From NCBI GenBank assembly GCA_024637115.1, contig JAGXFU010000010.1, positions 2,317 to 66,316 on the forward strand: a stretch of DNA of 64,000 nucleotides. The letters run 5' to 3'. Below are positions 30,314 to 38,736 of the stretch, one piece after another. Origin of the DNA: Actinomycetes bacterium. GTDB lineage: Bacteria > Actinomycetota > Coriobacteriia > Anaerosomatales > JAGXFU01. A program made the position numbers and the translations under genes. Each line of letters opens with the position of its first letter. Positions within the stretch are counted from its first letter, which is position 1. Below the pieces are notes generated by a model. It made no database searches. It worked only from the letters and a program-made list of their open reading frames with translations, and was not told the DNA's origin.

Positions 30314-31747
30314 CTAACTCTTCTGGCGGATAGTGTTTGTGAGGGTTTGGATCTGATTGTAAACGTCCCGCTCAGCGTTGATCAGTTTTTCAATCTTAGC
30401 CTGAGCGTGCATAACCGTTGTGTGGTCTCGACCACCGAACTCGGCACCTATCCTTGGAAGAGATAGGTCGGTGAGTTCACGGGAGAGATACATGGCGATC
30501 TGCCGGGGATACACAATCGCTTGAGAACGCTTATTCCCCACGAGCTCAGAATGGTTGAGGGAATAGAATTTGCAGACCTCGCGCTGGATAGTGGTCACAG
30601 AGATCGGCTGCGCAGACCGTTCCGGGAAGATGTCTTTAAGGACATCACGGGCCAGGTCAAGACCGACCGAGTGACGGGTGAGAGAGCTGTATGCCACTAC
30701 TCTGATCAAAGCCCCCTCTAGTTCCCTGATATTCGAAGAGACTCTGTCAGCAACAAAAGAGAGCACATCATAAGGAACGTCCAGCTCCTCAACCTCTACT
30801 TTTCGTTTCAGGATGGCTATGCGGGTCTCAAGATCAGGTGGTTGGATATCCGTTATCAGACCCATTTCAAAACGAGAACGTAGCCGTTCTTCGAGCGCCG
30901 CAATGTCTTTAGGTGGTCTATCTGAGGAGAGGACTACCTGCTTGCCCGCTTGCTGCAAGGTATTGAATGTATGAAAGAACTCCTCTTGGGTTCCCTCTTT
31001 ACCTTTCAGAAACTGCACATCATCGACAAGCAGCACATCATTGGTCCGGTACTGTCTCCGAAATCCTTCGATGCGCTTCTTGTCTCCGATTGAATTAATG
31101 AAGTCATTGGTGAATTGTTCTGTCGAAACATACGTAACTTTAAGATGTGGAAAGCTCGACTGAACATAGTGTCCGATCGCCTGGAGAAGATGTGTCTTTC
31201 CCAGCCCGACTCCCCCATAGACGAAGAGCGGGTTATATGCTCGCCCGGGGGTCTCAGCCACAGCCAAGGCTGCCGCATGGGCAAACCGATTCGATGCACC
31301 AATGACAAAGGAGTCAAAGGTGTACTTCGGGTTGAAGTCACTCACTGTTCGACTTCCGGATGTCGACGGCTTGTCAGTTAGAGATCGCTCTCCGACATTG
31401 GCCCCACCTGATGTTTCCCGGTTGTCTATCAGTACTGGAGAATCCTCGTCTTTTCTAACCGGAACCTCGTAATCAGCGGGAACAGTGAATTCAAGAGACA
31501 GTGGTAATCCAGAGACCTCTTGAAGAGCGGATGTCAGAAGCCCGGAGTACCGTGACTCAAGCCAGTCTCGAGCAAAATCGTTCTGAACGGCGATTACCAG
31601 CCGGTCATCGACAATATCTACAGGAGTTGTGTGCTCGAACCACGTCTTAAATGTAGGGGTGTTGAGTTCGGTCTTCACGACATCAAGCACATCAGACCAA
31701 ATCGCCTGAACGTCTGATTTCGGCCCCGGTACTCCTATCTGCTGCAT
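30314..31747 (-). CDS. dnaA: Chromosomal replication initiator DnaA
   Basis: [41 protein letters not shown]. Confidence 0.98.
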   Translation of the reverse strand: MQQIGVPGPKSDVQAIWSDVLDVVKTELNTPTFKTWFEHTTPVDIVDDRLVIAVQNDFARDWLESRYSGLLTSALQEVSGLPLSLEFTVPADYEVPVRKDEDSPVLIDNRETSGGANVGERSLTDKPSTSGSRTVSDFNPKYTFDSFVIGASNRFAHAAALAVAETPGRAYNPLFVYGGVGLGKTHLLQAIGHYVQSSFPHLKVTYVSTEQFTNDFINSIGDKKRIEGFRRQYRTNDVLLVDDVQFLKGKEGTQEEFFHTFNTLQQAGKQVVLSSDRPPKDIAALEERLRSRFEMGLITDIQPPDLETRIAILKRKVEVEELDVPYDVLSFVADRVSSNIRELEGALIRVVAYSSLTRHSVGLDLARDVLKDIFPERSAQPISVTTIQREVCKFYSLNHSELVGNKRSQAIVYPRQIAMYLSRELTDLSLPRIGAEFGGRDHTTVMHAQAKIEKLINAERDVYNQIQTLTNTIRQKS

Positions 31748-31756
31748 CCGTACCGC

Positions 31757-32644
31757 CTAACTAAAGATACTGTCGAGGTAAGTAGTTCCTATATCTGAGA
31801 TGACACGTTTGCCAAATTCGTCGGACATGATCAAGCCGTTATCCTCTAGATACGCGAGATCACGGTAGGCCGTAGACAGACCCACAGACAGTTCTTTCGA
31901 AATCAGGGTCGGGCCGGCTTCTCCGAATTCCATCACGATCGAGAGGACTCGCTTCTGACGCGTCGAGAGCCTCGGTAGCGGCGCGATCATCACCTCATGT
32001 CCGACTGGCTCACCCGCCGTTGCTTCCTGGGACGAGTATGTGACTGCAGTTTCAGTCGAGTGAGCCCGCAAGGTCACCACCGTTCCGGAGCCAAGATTGT
32101 CTTCCAAGCTTAACGAGCCTCCCTGGTGAGAGAGGAATTCGCGAATCAACGGGAGACCGGAACCTACCCCCCGAATCACTTCCTTCATCACGCTTGAAGC
32201 CGTGGTGTAGCCGGGAAGCAAGGCGCGCTCCTTGTCTTCAATGCCCGGACCCTGATCCGAGAAGCGAACCGTGTTTCCATCATCAAGAACAGAGACCACC
32301 GGCTCCTTGAAGCGAGCATGAATCAGATTCTCAACAACCTCACGCAAGACCGTATACGGCAACCGGCCGTCCATGTCGTGGACCGTGCGATAGACGCGGG
32401 CCGAAAGCTCCTCAATGAATACATCAGGAGAAACCCCCTGGACCTCTTCGATTCGAGGAGCGGCAGCGAGCGAGTCATACACGGCAATCCGACCAACGAG
32501 ATGGCCGGATGTCTGGATCTCACTCTGTGAAGACTCAAGCGCCAGGGCTTTCGAGACCGGAGCCTCAGGCGATGCTGTTGTCAATACGACAGGCCCTGCG
32601 TCCTGATCAAAGAACGGTTTCACGTACCAACCCAACCTTTCCAC
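31757..32644 (-). CDS. GHKL/HATPase_c ATP-binding protein with C-terminal winged HTH
   Basis: EVVENLIHA, DQGPGI, GVGSGLP, GSGTVV; C-terminal LSTRQKRVL..ISKELSVGLSTAYRDLAYLED; ends 9 nt before dnaA. Confidence 0.82.
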   Translation of the reverse strand: MERLGWYVKPFFDQDAGPVVLTTASPEAPVSKALALESSQSEIQTSGHLVGRIAVYDSLAAAPRIEEVQGVSPDVFIEELSARVYRTVHDMDGRLPYTVLREVVENLIHARFKEPVVSVLDDGNTVRFSDQGPGIEDKERALLPGYTTASSVMKEVIRGVGSGLPLIREFLSHQGGSLSLEDNLGSGTVVTLRAHSTETAVTYSSQEATAGEPVGHEVMIAPLPRLSTRQKRVLSIVMEFGEAGPTLISKELSVGLSTAYRDLAYLEDNGLIMSDEFGKRVISDIGTTYLDSIFS

Positions 32645-33171
32645 TCATCCACACGGTTTTCAACAGGCACCCTGGTGGTTCATGCTTCCGCAAGCTCCTG
32701 TATATGACCGTATCTACCTCGGGTTATGGAATCCAACCCTTTCAAATGGAAGCCGTTGACGTGCGGCTTCCTGGCTTATCCACAAAGCTTTCCACATCTG
32801 TGGAGAAAACACCCTCAACCATCGCTCAAGTACGTCCCTATACCTGAGAAAACACGTTCATTTGCTTTCCAAAGGGCTTTCAAAGGGAAATCCGAGGCAT
32901 TCGAGATCCGGACCCCTGTGGAAACGGCTACATTTTCAGGAGCACGTAATCCTGCCCTGTGGAAACACGGCACCCCGGTAACGACCAAGCATTCGAGGAA
33001 ATCTACAAAAATACCCTTTGAGCATTGGTTTTCAACGCAAACACGGGTGTTGAACGATCTCCCCCCGAGTGCAATGGATGATACCAAACGAGTCGGAAGC
33101 CCTCAATGGAAGTGTGTGGGTTATCCACAGGTTCAACAGTCGTCAGTCCTGCGTTTTCCACATTATCCACA
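32645..33171. promoter_or_regulatory. Upstream DnaA-box cluster (second oriC part or dnaA autoregulation region)
   Basis: TTATCCACA at 32776, 33121, 33163; variants at 32645, 32788, 32799, 32917, 32958, 33115, 33154. Confidence 0.85.
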
Positions 33172-33268
33172 GATTCTGAACTATTTTGGAACGCGCGAGC
33201 GAGAGCGTCCTGAATGGGTCAATTGAGCGCGTGCGTGAGGAGTTGTTGGTGGGGCAACCAAGTCTTCG

Positions 33269-33297
33269 TTGACGACGTCTAAGTGCGCGGGTATACT
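33269..33297 (+). promoter_or_regulatory. Sigma70-type promoter of the rpmH operon
   Basis: TTGACG-17nt-TATACT. Confidence 0.75.
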
Positions 33298-33349
33298 CGT
33301 TTGGCTCTGCGCCCATTATGCGGGCGCCTGAACTGGAGGAAGAGTACAA

Positions 33350-33484
33350 GTGAAGCGGACTTATCAACCTAACACGCGCAAGCGTAGTAAGACACATGGT
33401 TTCCGCAAGCGTATGTCAACGGCAGCAGGACGCGCCGTGCTTGCGAACCGACGCCGCAAGGGCCGCAAGGTACTGAGCGCCTAG
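33350..33484 (+). CDS. rpmH: 50S ribosomal protein L34 (missing from the ORF track)
   Basis: [44 protein letters not shown]; GGAGG SD. Confidence 0.97.
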   Translation: MKRTYQPNTRKRSKTHGFRKRMSTAAGRAVLANRRRKGRKVLSA

Positions 33485-33511
33485 TTGGCGTATGAAGCAC
33501 CGGAGGCGGTT

Positions 33512-33853
33512 GTGGTGCTGAGTGTTATCAAGTCAACGCGCGAGATCGACGCTCTGTTCAGTGAAGGCGAACGTTCGTCTCACGCGCACATACTCGCTCT
33601 GGCGCGACACACGCCTGAAGGACGCGGCCCAGAGGGTCGCGTCGTCTTTGTTGCTGGCAAACGCCTTGGTGGCGCGGTCTTACGCAACCGCTCGAAGAGG
33701 GTATTGAGGGCCGCGGTGCATCGTTCGGGAGCCTCGTGGGATGGCTACGATGTAGCGCTGATCGCGAGACCTTCCACGGCTACAGCCTCCGAGGAGATTC
33801 TTGATCGGGCCCTACGGTCTGTCTTAAAGAAGGCCGGGCTCAGCGATGACTAG
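33512..33853 (+). CDS. rnpA: Ribonuclease P protein component
   Basis: RNR motif [17 protein letters not shown]; follows rpmH. Confidence 0.92.
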   Translation: MVLSVIKSTREIDALFSEGERSSHAHILALARHTPEGRGPEGRVVFVAGKRLGGAVLRNRSKRVLRAAVHRSGASWDGYDVALIARPSTATASEEILDRALRSVLKKAGLSDD

Positions 33854-34067
33854 GTTTCCGCGACGCGTACTCATGGCAATTATCAAGGTGTATCAGGTTG
33901 CCATTTCTCCCCTCTTCCCCCCATCTTGTAGGTTCACGCCAACGTGCTCCTCGTATGCGCTAACATCAGTGGAGCGTTACGGGGTTGTGCGTGGTGGGTG
34001 GATGGCGCTCAGGCGGATCTCCCGGTGTCACCCGTGGAGCCCCGGCGGATACGATCCAGTTCCCTAA
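33846..34067 (+). CDS. yidD: Membrane protein insertion efficiency factor
   Basis: [24 protein letters not shown]. Confidence 0.95.
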   Translation: MTRFPRRVLMAIIKVYQVAISPLFPPSCRFTPTCSSYALTSVERYGVVRGGWMALRRISRCHPWSPGGYDPVP

Positions 34068-34119
34068 GACCAGCTTGCCTGCGACTAAGCGGCAGTCTCG
34101 TCAGAGGAGGTAGTAAAGA

Positions 34120-34833
34120 TTGGCCATCTGGCAGGTGATCAAAGATGTCATCTTTGAGGCGCTGCAGTATCTACATGGAATAACAGGGGACTATGGCTTT
34201 GCCATTGTTCTGCTCACCGTGTCGATGCGGGCGCTCATGGTGCCACTTACTGCGAAGCAAACAAGATCTACGTACGAGCTGCAGAGGATCCAGCCTAAGA
34301 TCAAGGCGCTGCAGAAGAAGTACAAGAACGACAAAGAGAAGCTCCAAGAGGAGACTCTGAAGTTCTATCAGGAGAACAAGGTCAATCCTTTTGGCGGCTG
34401 CCTTCCTGTCCTGCTGCAGATGCCGATATTCTTGGCGCTGTTCCAGGTTCTCCAGAATGAGTTTCCGCAGTACCTGGAGTCGTTGGAACCCGTGGCTCAG
34501 GAGGCAGCAAAACAATTCTGGATAATTCTTCCAGACCTTACGGCAACCCCACAGTTCATGTATACAGAGCAAGGAGTTGCTGCCGCTCTCCCCTATCTCA
34601 CACTGGTAGCGCTGTTTGGGTTGAGTATCTGGTTGCCACAGCAGCTCATGCCGGGCGAGCAGCAGCAAAAGAACACTGCGGCTATCATGGGCGTTGTGTT
34701 CCTATACTTTGGATGGAATGTCCCGGCTGGCGTACTCGTCTACTGGGTAACTTCAAGCGTGCTGGGCATTGTCCAGCAACAAGTATCACTCAAGGTGTAC
34801 GCGGCAAGAGGGGAAACAGACAATGAGGCGTGA
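34120..34833 (+). CDS. yidC: Membrane protein insertase YidC (short monoderm type)
   Basis: NPFGGCLPVLLQMPIF, PAGVLVYW. Confidence 0.95.
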   Translation: MAIWQVIKDVIFEALQYLHGITGDYGFAIVLLTVSMRALMVPLTAKQTRSTYELQRIQPKIKALQKKYKNDKEKLQEETLKFYQENKVNPFGGCLPVLLQMPIFLALFQVLQNEFPQYLESLEPVAQEAAKQFWIILPDLTATPQFMYTEQGVAAALPYLTLVALFGLSIWLPQQLMPGEQQQKNTAAIMGVVFLYFGWNVPAGVLVYWVTSSVLGIVQQQVSLKVYAARGETDNEA

Positions 34834-35605
34834 GACGATCGCGGAAGGGCCCAGCGTGGCGGAGGCCCTGGATGTCGCTCTCGAAGAACTCGGCGTTCAG
34901 CAGGATGCTGTTGGCTATGAGGTCATCAACGAGGGTGGCAAGAGACTGTTCGGCCTTGGTAATGATAAGACAGCGAAGGTCAAAGTCTGGCTGAAGGAAT
35001 CGTTCGCCAATGAGATCGAGGATGCTAAGCGTTCGGCGCGCGATATGCTCGATGTTGACGAGTCTGAAAGCGACACGACTGAGCCGCCCGCCGAACTACG
35101 GAAAGACTCTTTCGAGCACAAAGAAGTCGGCGATCTTACCGACGAAGAGATGGATCAGGTTGCGGATGAGGCGGTCAGTGCCGTCCAGTCAATGCTCCAG
35201 GGTTTCGGGATTACGGCAAGTATTGAAGAGTACGAAGGGGACGACGGAGAGATCATCCTTGATGTCGTTGGAGATGACCTGGGCGTATTGATTGGTCGAC
35301 ACGGACGAACCCTCGACGCAATACAGACACTAGCGTCTGCTATCACTAATCGCCGACTCGGCTATCGCTATCCGGTGCTCGTTGACATCGAAGGATATCG
35401 CAACCGCAGGAGAGTGAAGCTTGAGGAGATAGGTCGCCGTGCGGCAGATCGAGCAGCTCGGCAGAGTGAGGACGTCAAACTGCGCCCCATGAGCAGTTAC
35501 GAGCGCAAGGTCATTCACATGTCGTTGCGGGAAGATCAGCGAATCGTTACTGCGAGCGAGGGTGAAGAGCCGTTCAGACAGGTCGTTGTCAGGCCGCGAG
35601 GATAG
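34823..35605 (+). CDS. jag: Jag/EloR (KhpB) RNA-binding protein
   Basis: Jag_N, KH (LIGRHGRTLDAIQ), R3H (PMSSYERKVIH). Confidence 0.93.
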   Translation: MRRETIAEGPSVAEALDVALEELGVQQDAVGYEVINEGGKRLFGLGNDKTAKVKVWLKESFANEIEDAKRSARDMLDVDESESDTTEPPAELRKDSFEHKEVGDLTDEEMDQVADEAVSAVQSMLQGFGITASIEEYEGDDGEIILDVVGDDLGVLIGRHGRTLDAIQTLASAITNRRLGYRYPVLVDIEGYRNRRRVKLEEIGRRAADRAARQSEDVKLRPMSSYERKVIHMSLREDQRIVTASEGEEPFRQVVVRPRG

Positions 35606-35629
35606 TCTCACTCCACAGAATAGTTCTTC

Positions 35630-35659
35630 ATGGGGTCCCGATGGGGCCCCATTTCATTT
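35630..35659 (+). terminator. Intrinsic terminator after jag
   Basis: ATGGGGTCCC/GGGGCCCCAT stem plus TTCATTT. Confidence 0.7.
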
Positions 35660-35674
35660 GTCAGATCTGCAATC

Positions 35675-35874
35675 CAAGAGACCGACTGACCACTATCGGA
35701 ATCGGACAGTCCTACAGTGCATCTGTGGCGCCGTGATTCGACAAGATTCCGCTAGTCGGGGATTCTTGTCCACGGGGCTTGTGACATATTACGTTGGGCG
35801 ACCCGAAGGCCTTCTGTACAACTTTCGGCCGATTCAAGCCGGTCAGGATTCTAATTGGGTATCTCGGTCTCTTG
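35675..35874. ncRNA. Candidate ~200-nt rod-shaped RNA (6S-like architecture), strand unresolved
   Basis: Nested inverted repeats 35675-85/35864-74, 35686-91/35841-46, 35699-705/35829-35, 35731-50/35760-75. Confidence 0.4.
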
Positions 35875-35906
35875 CGGCCAACTATTCCTCACTCCGGAGT
35901 GTGGTA

Positions 35907-35922
35907 TGTTTCACGTGAAACA
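35907..35922. promoter_or_regulatory. parS site 1
   Basis: Perfect TGTTTCACGTGAAACA. Confidence 0.95.
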
Positions 35923-35932
35923 AATCGACCTA

Positions 35933-35948
35933 TGTTTCACGTGAAACA
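35933..35948. promoter_or_regulatory. parS site 2
   Basis: Perfect TGTTTCACGTGAAACA. Confidence 0.95.
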
Positions 35949-35960
35949 TACAGGAGGCGC

Positions 35961-36668
35961 ATGGATTCACTGGCCCAACATCTCGCTCAGAGCAGTATCG
36001 AGATCTCAAGCGCCCACCTCGAGCTCATGGAGCGCCACGCTCGCATGGTTATCGCCGGGAACGAGTCGCTCAACCTCACAAGAATCGTGGAATGGCCTGC
36101 GGTGCTTCGTCTGCACATTCTGGATTCGCTCCTCGCCTTGCAAGAGGTAGATCTCGCGCCTGCCGGCAGCATGCTCGACTTTGGCTCGGGTGCCGGGTAC
36201 CCGGGTATCCCCCTAGGGATTGCTACGGGACGGCCCACATGTCTCGTTGAGTCGGTGAAGAAGAAGGCAGCCTTCCTTGCGTCGGTCTGTGACGAGTTGA
36301 GCCTCCAGAACATCACTGTTGAGGCTCTCAGGGTTGAAGAAGTGGCCGATCTCTCCGAATACAGCAAGAGTCAGGCTGTAGTTCTCGCCCGTGCAGTCAG
36401 TCAGCTGCCGTCTCTCGTCGAACTTGCGCGTCCGCTCCTTCTGAAAGGGGGGGTTCTAGTGGCTCTCAAAGCGAACGTCACCGATGAAGAGCTGCGCAGA
36501 GGAAGCCTGGTCGCATCACGCTTGGGGATGGCGGAGTCGTCGGTTCGCCGCCTGGTTCTGCCAGGAGGCAGTGAACAGAGGGCTCTTGTCAGCTATGTGT
36601 GTCGCGAGCCCTCCGGTGTCAGGCTTCCCCGCCGTGTCGGTCTCGCTCAGAATAGTCCTCTCGCCTGA
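35961..36668 (+). CDS. rsmG: 16S rRNA m7G527 methyltransferase
   Basis: NLTRI, HILDSL, DFGSGAGYPGIP, ARAV, PRRVG. Confidence 0.95.
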   Translation: MDSLAQHLAQSSIEISSAHLELMERHARMVIAGNESLNLTRIVEWPAVLRLHILDSLLALQEVDLAPAGSMLDFGSGAGYPGIPLGIATGRPTCLVESVKKKAAFLASVCDELSLQNITVEALRVEEVADLSEYSKSQAVVLARAVSQLPSLVELARPLLLKGGVLVALKANVTDEELRRGSLVASRLGMAESSVRRLVLPGGSEQRALVSYVCREPSGVRLPRRVGLAQNSPLA

Positions 36669-36733
36669 CTACTATACGATCGCTCGTTGTTCTATAATGC
36701 TTTGACTGCATAGCTCCGCGAGAGGGGGGTTTC

Positions 36734-37528
36734 GTGTTTGAAGACCATGAGCCACACAAAGGTGGCGCTGCTCGCGTTCTGGCTGTTGTAAATCAGAAGG
36801 GCGGGGTCGGAAAGAGCACCACGGCGGTGAACCTTGCTGCGTGCCTGGGCGGTTTGGGCAAGAAGGTGCTGCTGGTCGACCTGGATCCTCAGGGAAACGC
36901 AACATCCGGCTTTGGTTTGAATCGCGGAGAGCGTCAACAGTGCGTTTACGACGCGCTCCTGGGGGATGTCCCAGTTGAGCAACTGATTGAACCCGTTGAA
37001 GTCGAACACGTGTTCGTGATACCCGCAACGATCCAACTTGCCGGCGCGGAGATTGAACTCGTGTCCGCGTTCAGCCGAGAAGCCAAGCTCAAGAGCATGC
37101 TCGCTCCAATCAAGGATGATTTCGAGTACATCATCATCGACTGTCCTCCATCTCTTGGACTCCTCACCATCAACGCTCTTACTGCGGCGGAAGGCTTGCT
37201 CATTCCCATCCAGTGCGAGTACTACGCACTTGAGGGCCTTACAAAGCTCCTCGATAGTTTCCGGCTGGTCAGAACTCACCTTAATGCCGATCTGACCGTG
37301 TTCGGGGTTGTGATGACGATGTACGACTCCCGGACTCGACTGTCGCAGCAGGTTGTCGAAGAAGTTCGAGACTTCTTCGAGGACAAAGTATTCGATACGC
37401 TCATTCCCCGAACAGTGAGGCTCTCTGAGGCCCCAAGCTTTGGCCAGCCGATAACGCTCTATGATCCCACAGGGAAGGGTGCAGACGCCTACCGGAGCCT
37501 AGCAGAGGAAGTGGTGTCCCGTGTCTAA
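36734..37528 (+). CDS. parA: Chromosome partitioning ATPase ParA/Soj
   Basis: NQKGGVGKST, DLDPQGNA, IDCPPSLG, QCEYYALEG. Confidence 0.97.
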   Translation: MFEDHEPHKGGAARVLAVVNQKGGVGKSTTAVNLAACLGGLGKKVLLVDLDPQGNATSGFGLNRGERQQCVYDALLGDVPVEQLIEPVEVEHVFVIPATIQLAGAEIELVSAFSREAKLKSMLAPIKDDFEYIIIDCPPSLGLLTINALTAAEGLLIPIQCEYYALEGLTKLLDSFRLVRTHLNADLTVFGVVMTMYDSRTRLSQQVVEEVRDFFEDKVFDTLIPRTVRLSEAPSFGQPITLYDPTGKGADAYRSLAEEVVSRV

Positions 37529-38396
37529 GCGAGGACTAGGAAGGGGCCTTTCGGCGTTGATTCCCAACGCCGGGCAAGAGGAAGCCGCCCAAGAGCACGA
37601 GATGCCATTGGCGCATATCGAGCCTAACCCGGAGCAGCCAAGAACCGACATTAATGAGAGCGCAATCGCCGAGCTCGCCGATTCGATCAAGAAGGTTGGC
37701 CTGCTGCAACCCATCATCATCCGGCCCCATGGAGATAATTACCAAATTATTGCAGGAGAACGCAGATGGCGGGCGGCCAAAGCCGCAGGGCTGACTACGG
37801 TTCCCGTTCGGGTCATGAGCGTCGATGATACGAGTTCCCTGGAACTGGCGTTGATTGAGAATTTGCAGAGGCAGGACCTGAATGCCATTGAAGAATCTCG
37901 AGGCTACCGCAGACTCCTCACTGATTATCAAATGACTCAAGCTGAGCTCGCGGACAAGGTCTCCAAGTCCCGGTCTGCGATCACCAACGCTCTCAGACTT
38001 CTGGATCTTCCTGAGGAGATCCAGGAGCTTGTATACGATGGCAAGCTGTCGGCTGGGCACGCCCGTGCGGTTCTTGCCGTGCCTGACGAGGAACTCCGTC
38101 TCAAGTTGGGACGTAAGCTCGTTGACGAGGGTCTGTCCGTGCGGGAGGCGGAGAACCTGGCGCGTCTCTTCGCCGCTGGGCAAACCGAGCACGCTGCTCG
38201 TCCCCAGACCCCCAAGGCCTACAAGATCGCTGCCCGTAAGCTGCGGTTGGTACTCGGAACGAACGTCCGGGTACGCCAGACCCAGAAGAAGGGCAAGATA
38301 GAGATAGACTTTCATGGCGAGGAAGACCTTGAACGCATCTTCCGGCTTCTGACTGAAAGTGGAGAGGCCGCAGTTGAAGGGGGAGAAGCATCATGA
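37521..38396 (+). CDS. parB: Chromosome partitioning protein ParB/Spo0J
   Basis: GLGRGL, NPEQPR, AGERRWRA, ENLQRQDL. Confidence 0.97.
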   Translation: MSKRGLGRGLSALIPNAGQEEAAQEHEMPLAHIEPNPEQPRTDINESAIAELADSIKKVGLLQPIIIRPHGDNYQIIAGERRWRAAKAAGLTTVPVRVMSVDDTSSLELALIENLQRQDLNAIEESRGYRRLLTDYQMTQAELADKVSKSRSAITNALRLLDLPEEIQELVYDGKLSAGHARAVLAVPDEELRLKLGRKLVDEGLSVREAENLARLFAAGQTEHAARPQTPKAYKIAARKLRLVLGTNVRVRQTQKKGKIEIDFHGEEDLERIFRLLTESGEAAVEGGEAS

Positions 38397-38686
38397 GGCG
38401 CCTGGAATATTTTGTGATGGGGACGATCACGGGAATCGTTATCGGTGTGCTTGCGGGTCTTCTGTTTGCGCCTTCCAGCGGAGAGCGTACCCGCAGGCGC
38501 CTAGCTGATGAGGCGTTACGCGCAGCAGACGTGGCGCGTTCTGTCGCTGAACGAGCAGAGCACGCGGCCGAAGTGTTCGGTGGCCGTGTGGACAGGTACC
38601 TCGGGCGCGATGAAGAGGTCGCCTGGAAGAAGGTCCAGGAGATACGAGAAGGTGTCCAGCGCTACACTCAGGCCCAGACGTCTTGA
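38393..38686 (+). CDS. YtxH-domain protein
   Basis: GVLAGLLFAPSSGERTRRRL. Confidence 0.8.
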   Translation: MRRLEYFVMGTITGIVIGVLAGLLFAPSSGERTRRRLADEALRAADVARSVAERAEHAAEVFGGRVDRYLGRDEEVAWKKVQEIREGVQRYTQAQTS

Positions 38687-38736
38687 GTCATGTCAGACGT
38701 GCATGAGACGCTTCCCCTGAAAGGGGGTCGTGAGCC

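Noticed and set aside
32726-33226. 166-aa ORF across the upstream DnaA-box cluster
   Set aside because: It merely translates DnaA boxes (YPQ repeats) and has no recognisable domain
35606-35960. Absence of mnmE/mnmG between jag and rsmG
   Set aside because: The jag-rsmG-parA-parB order is normal for Actinomycetota
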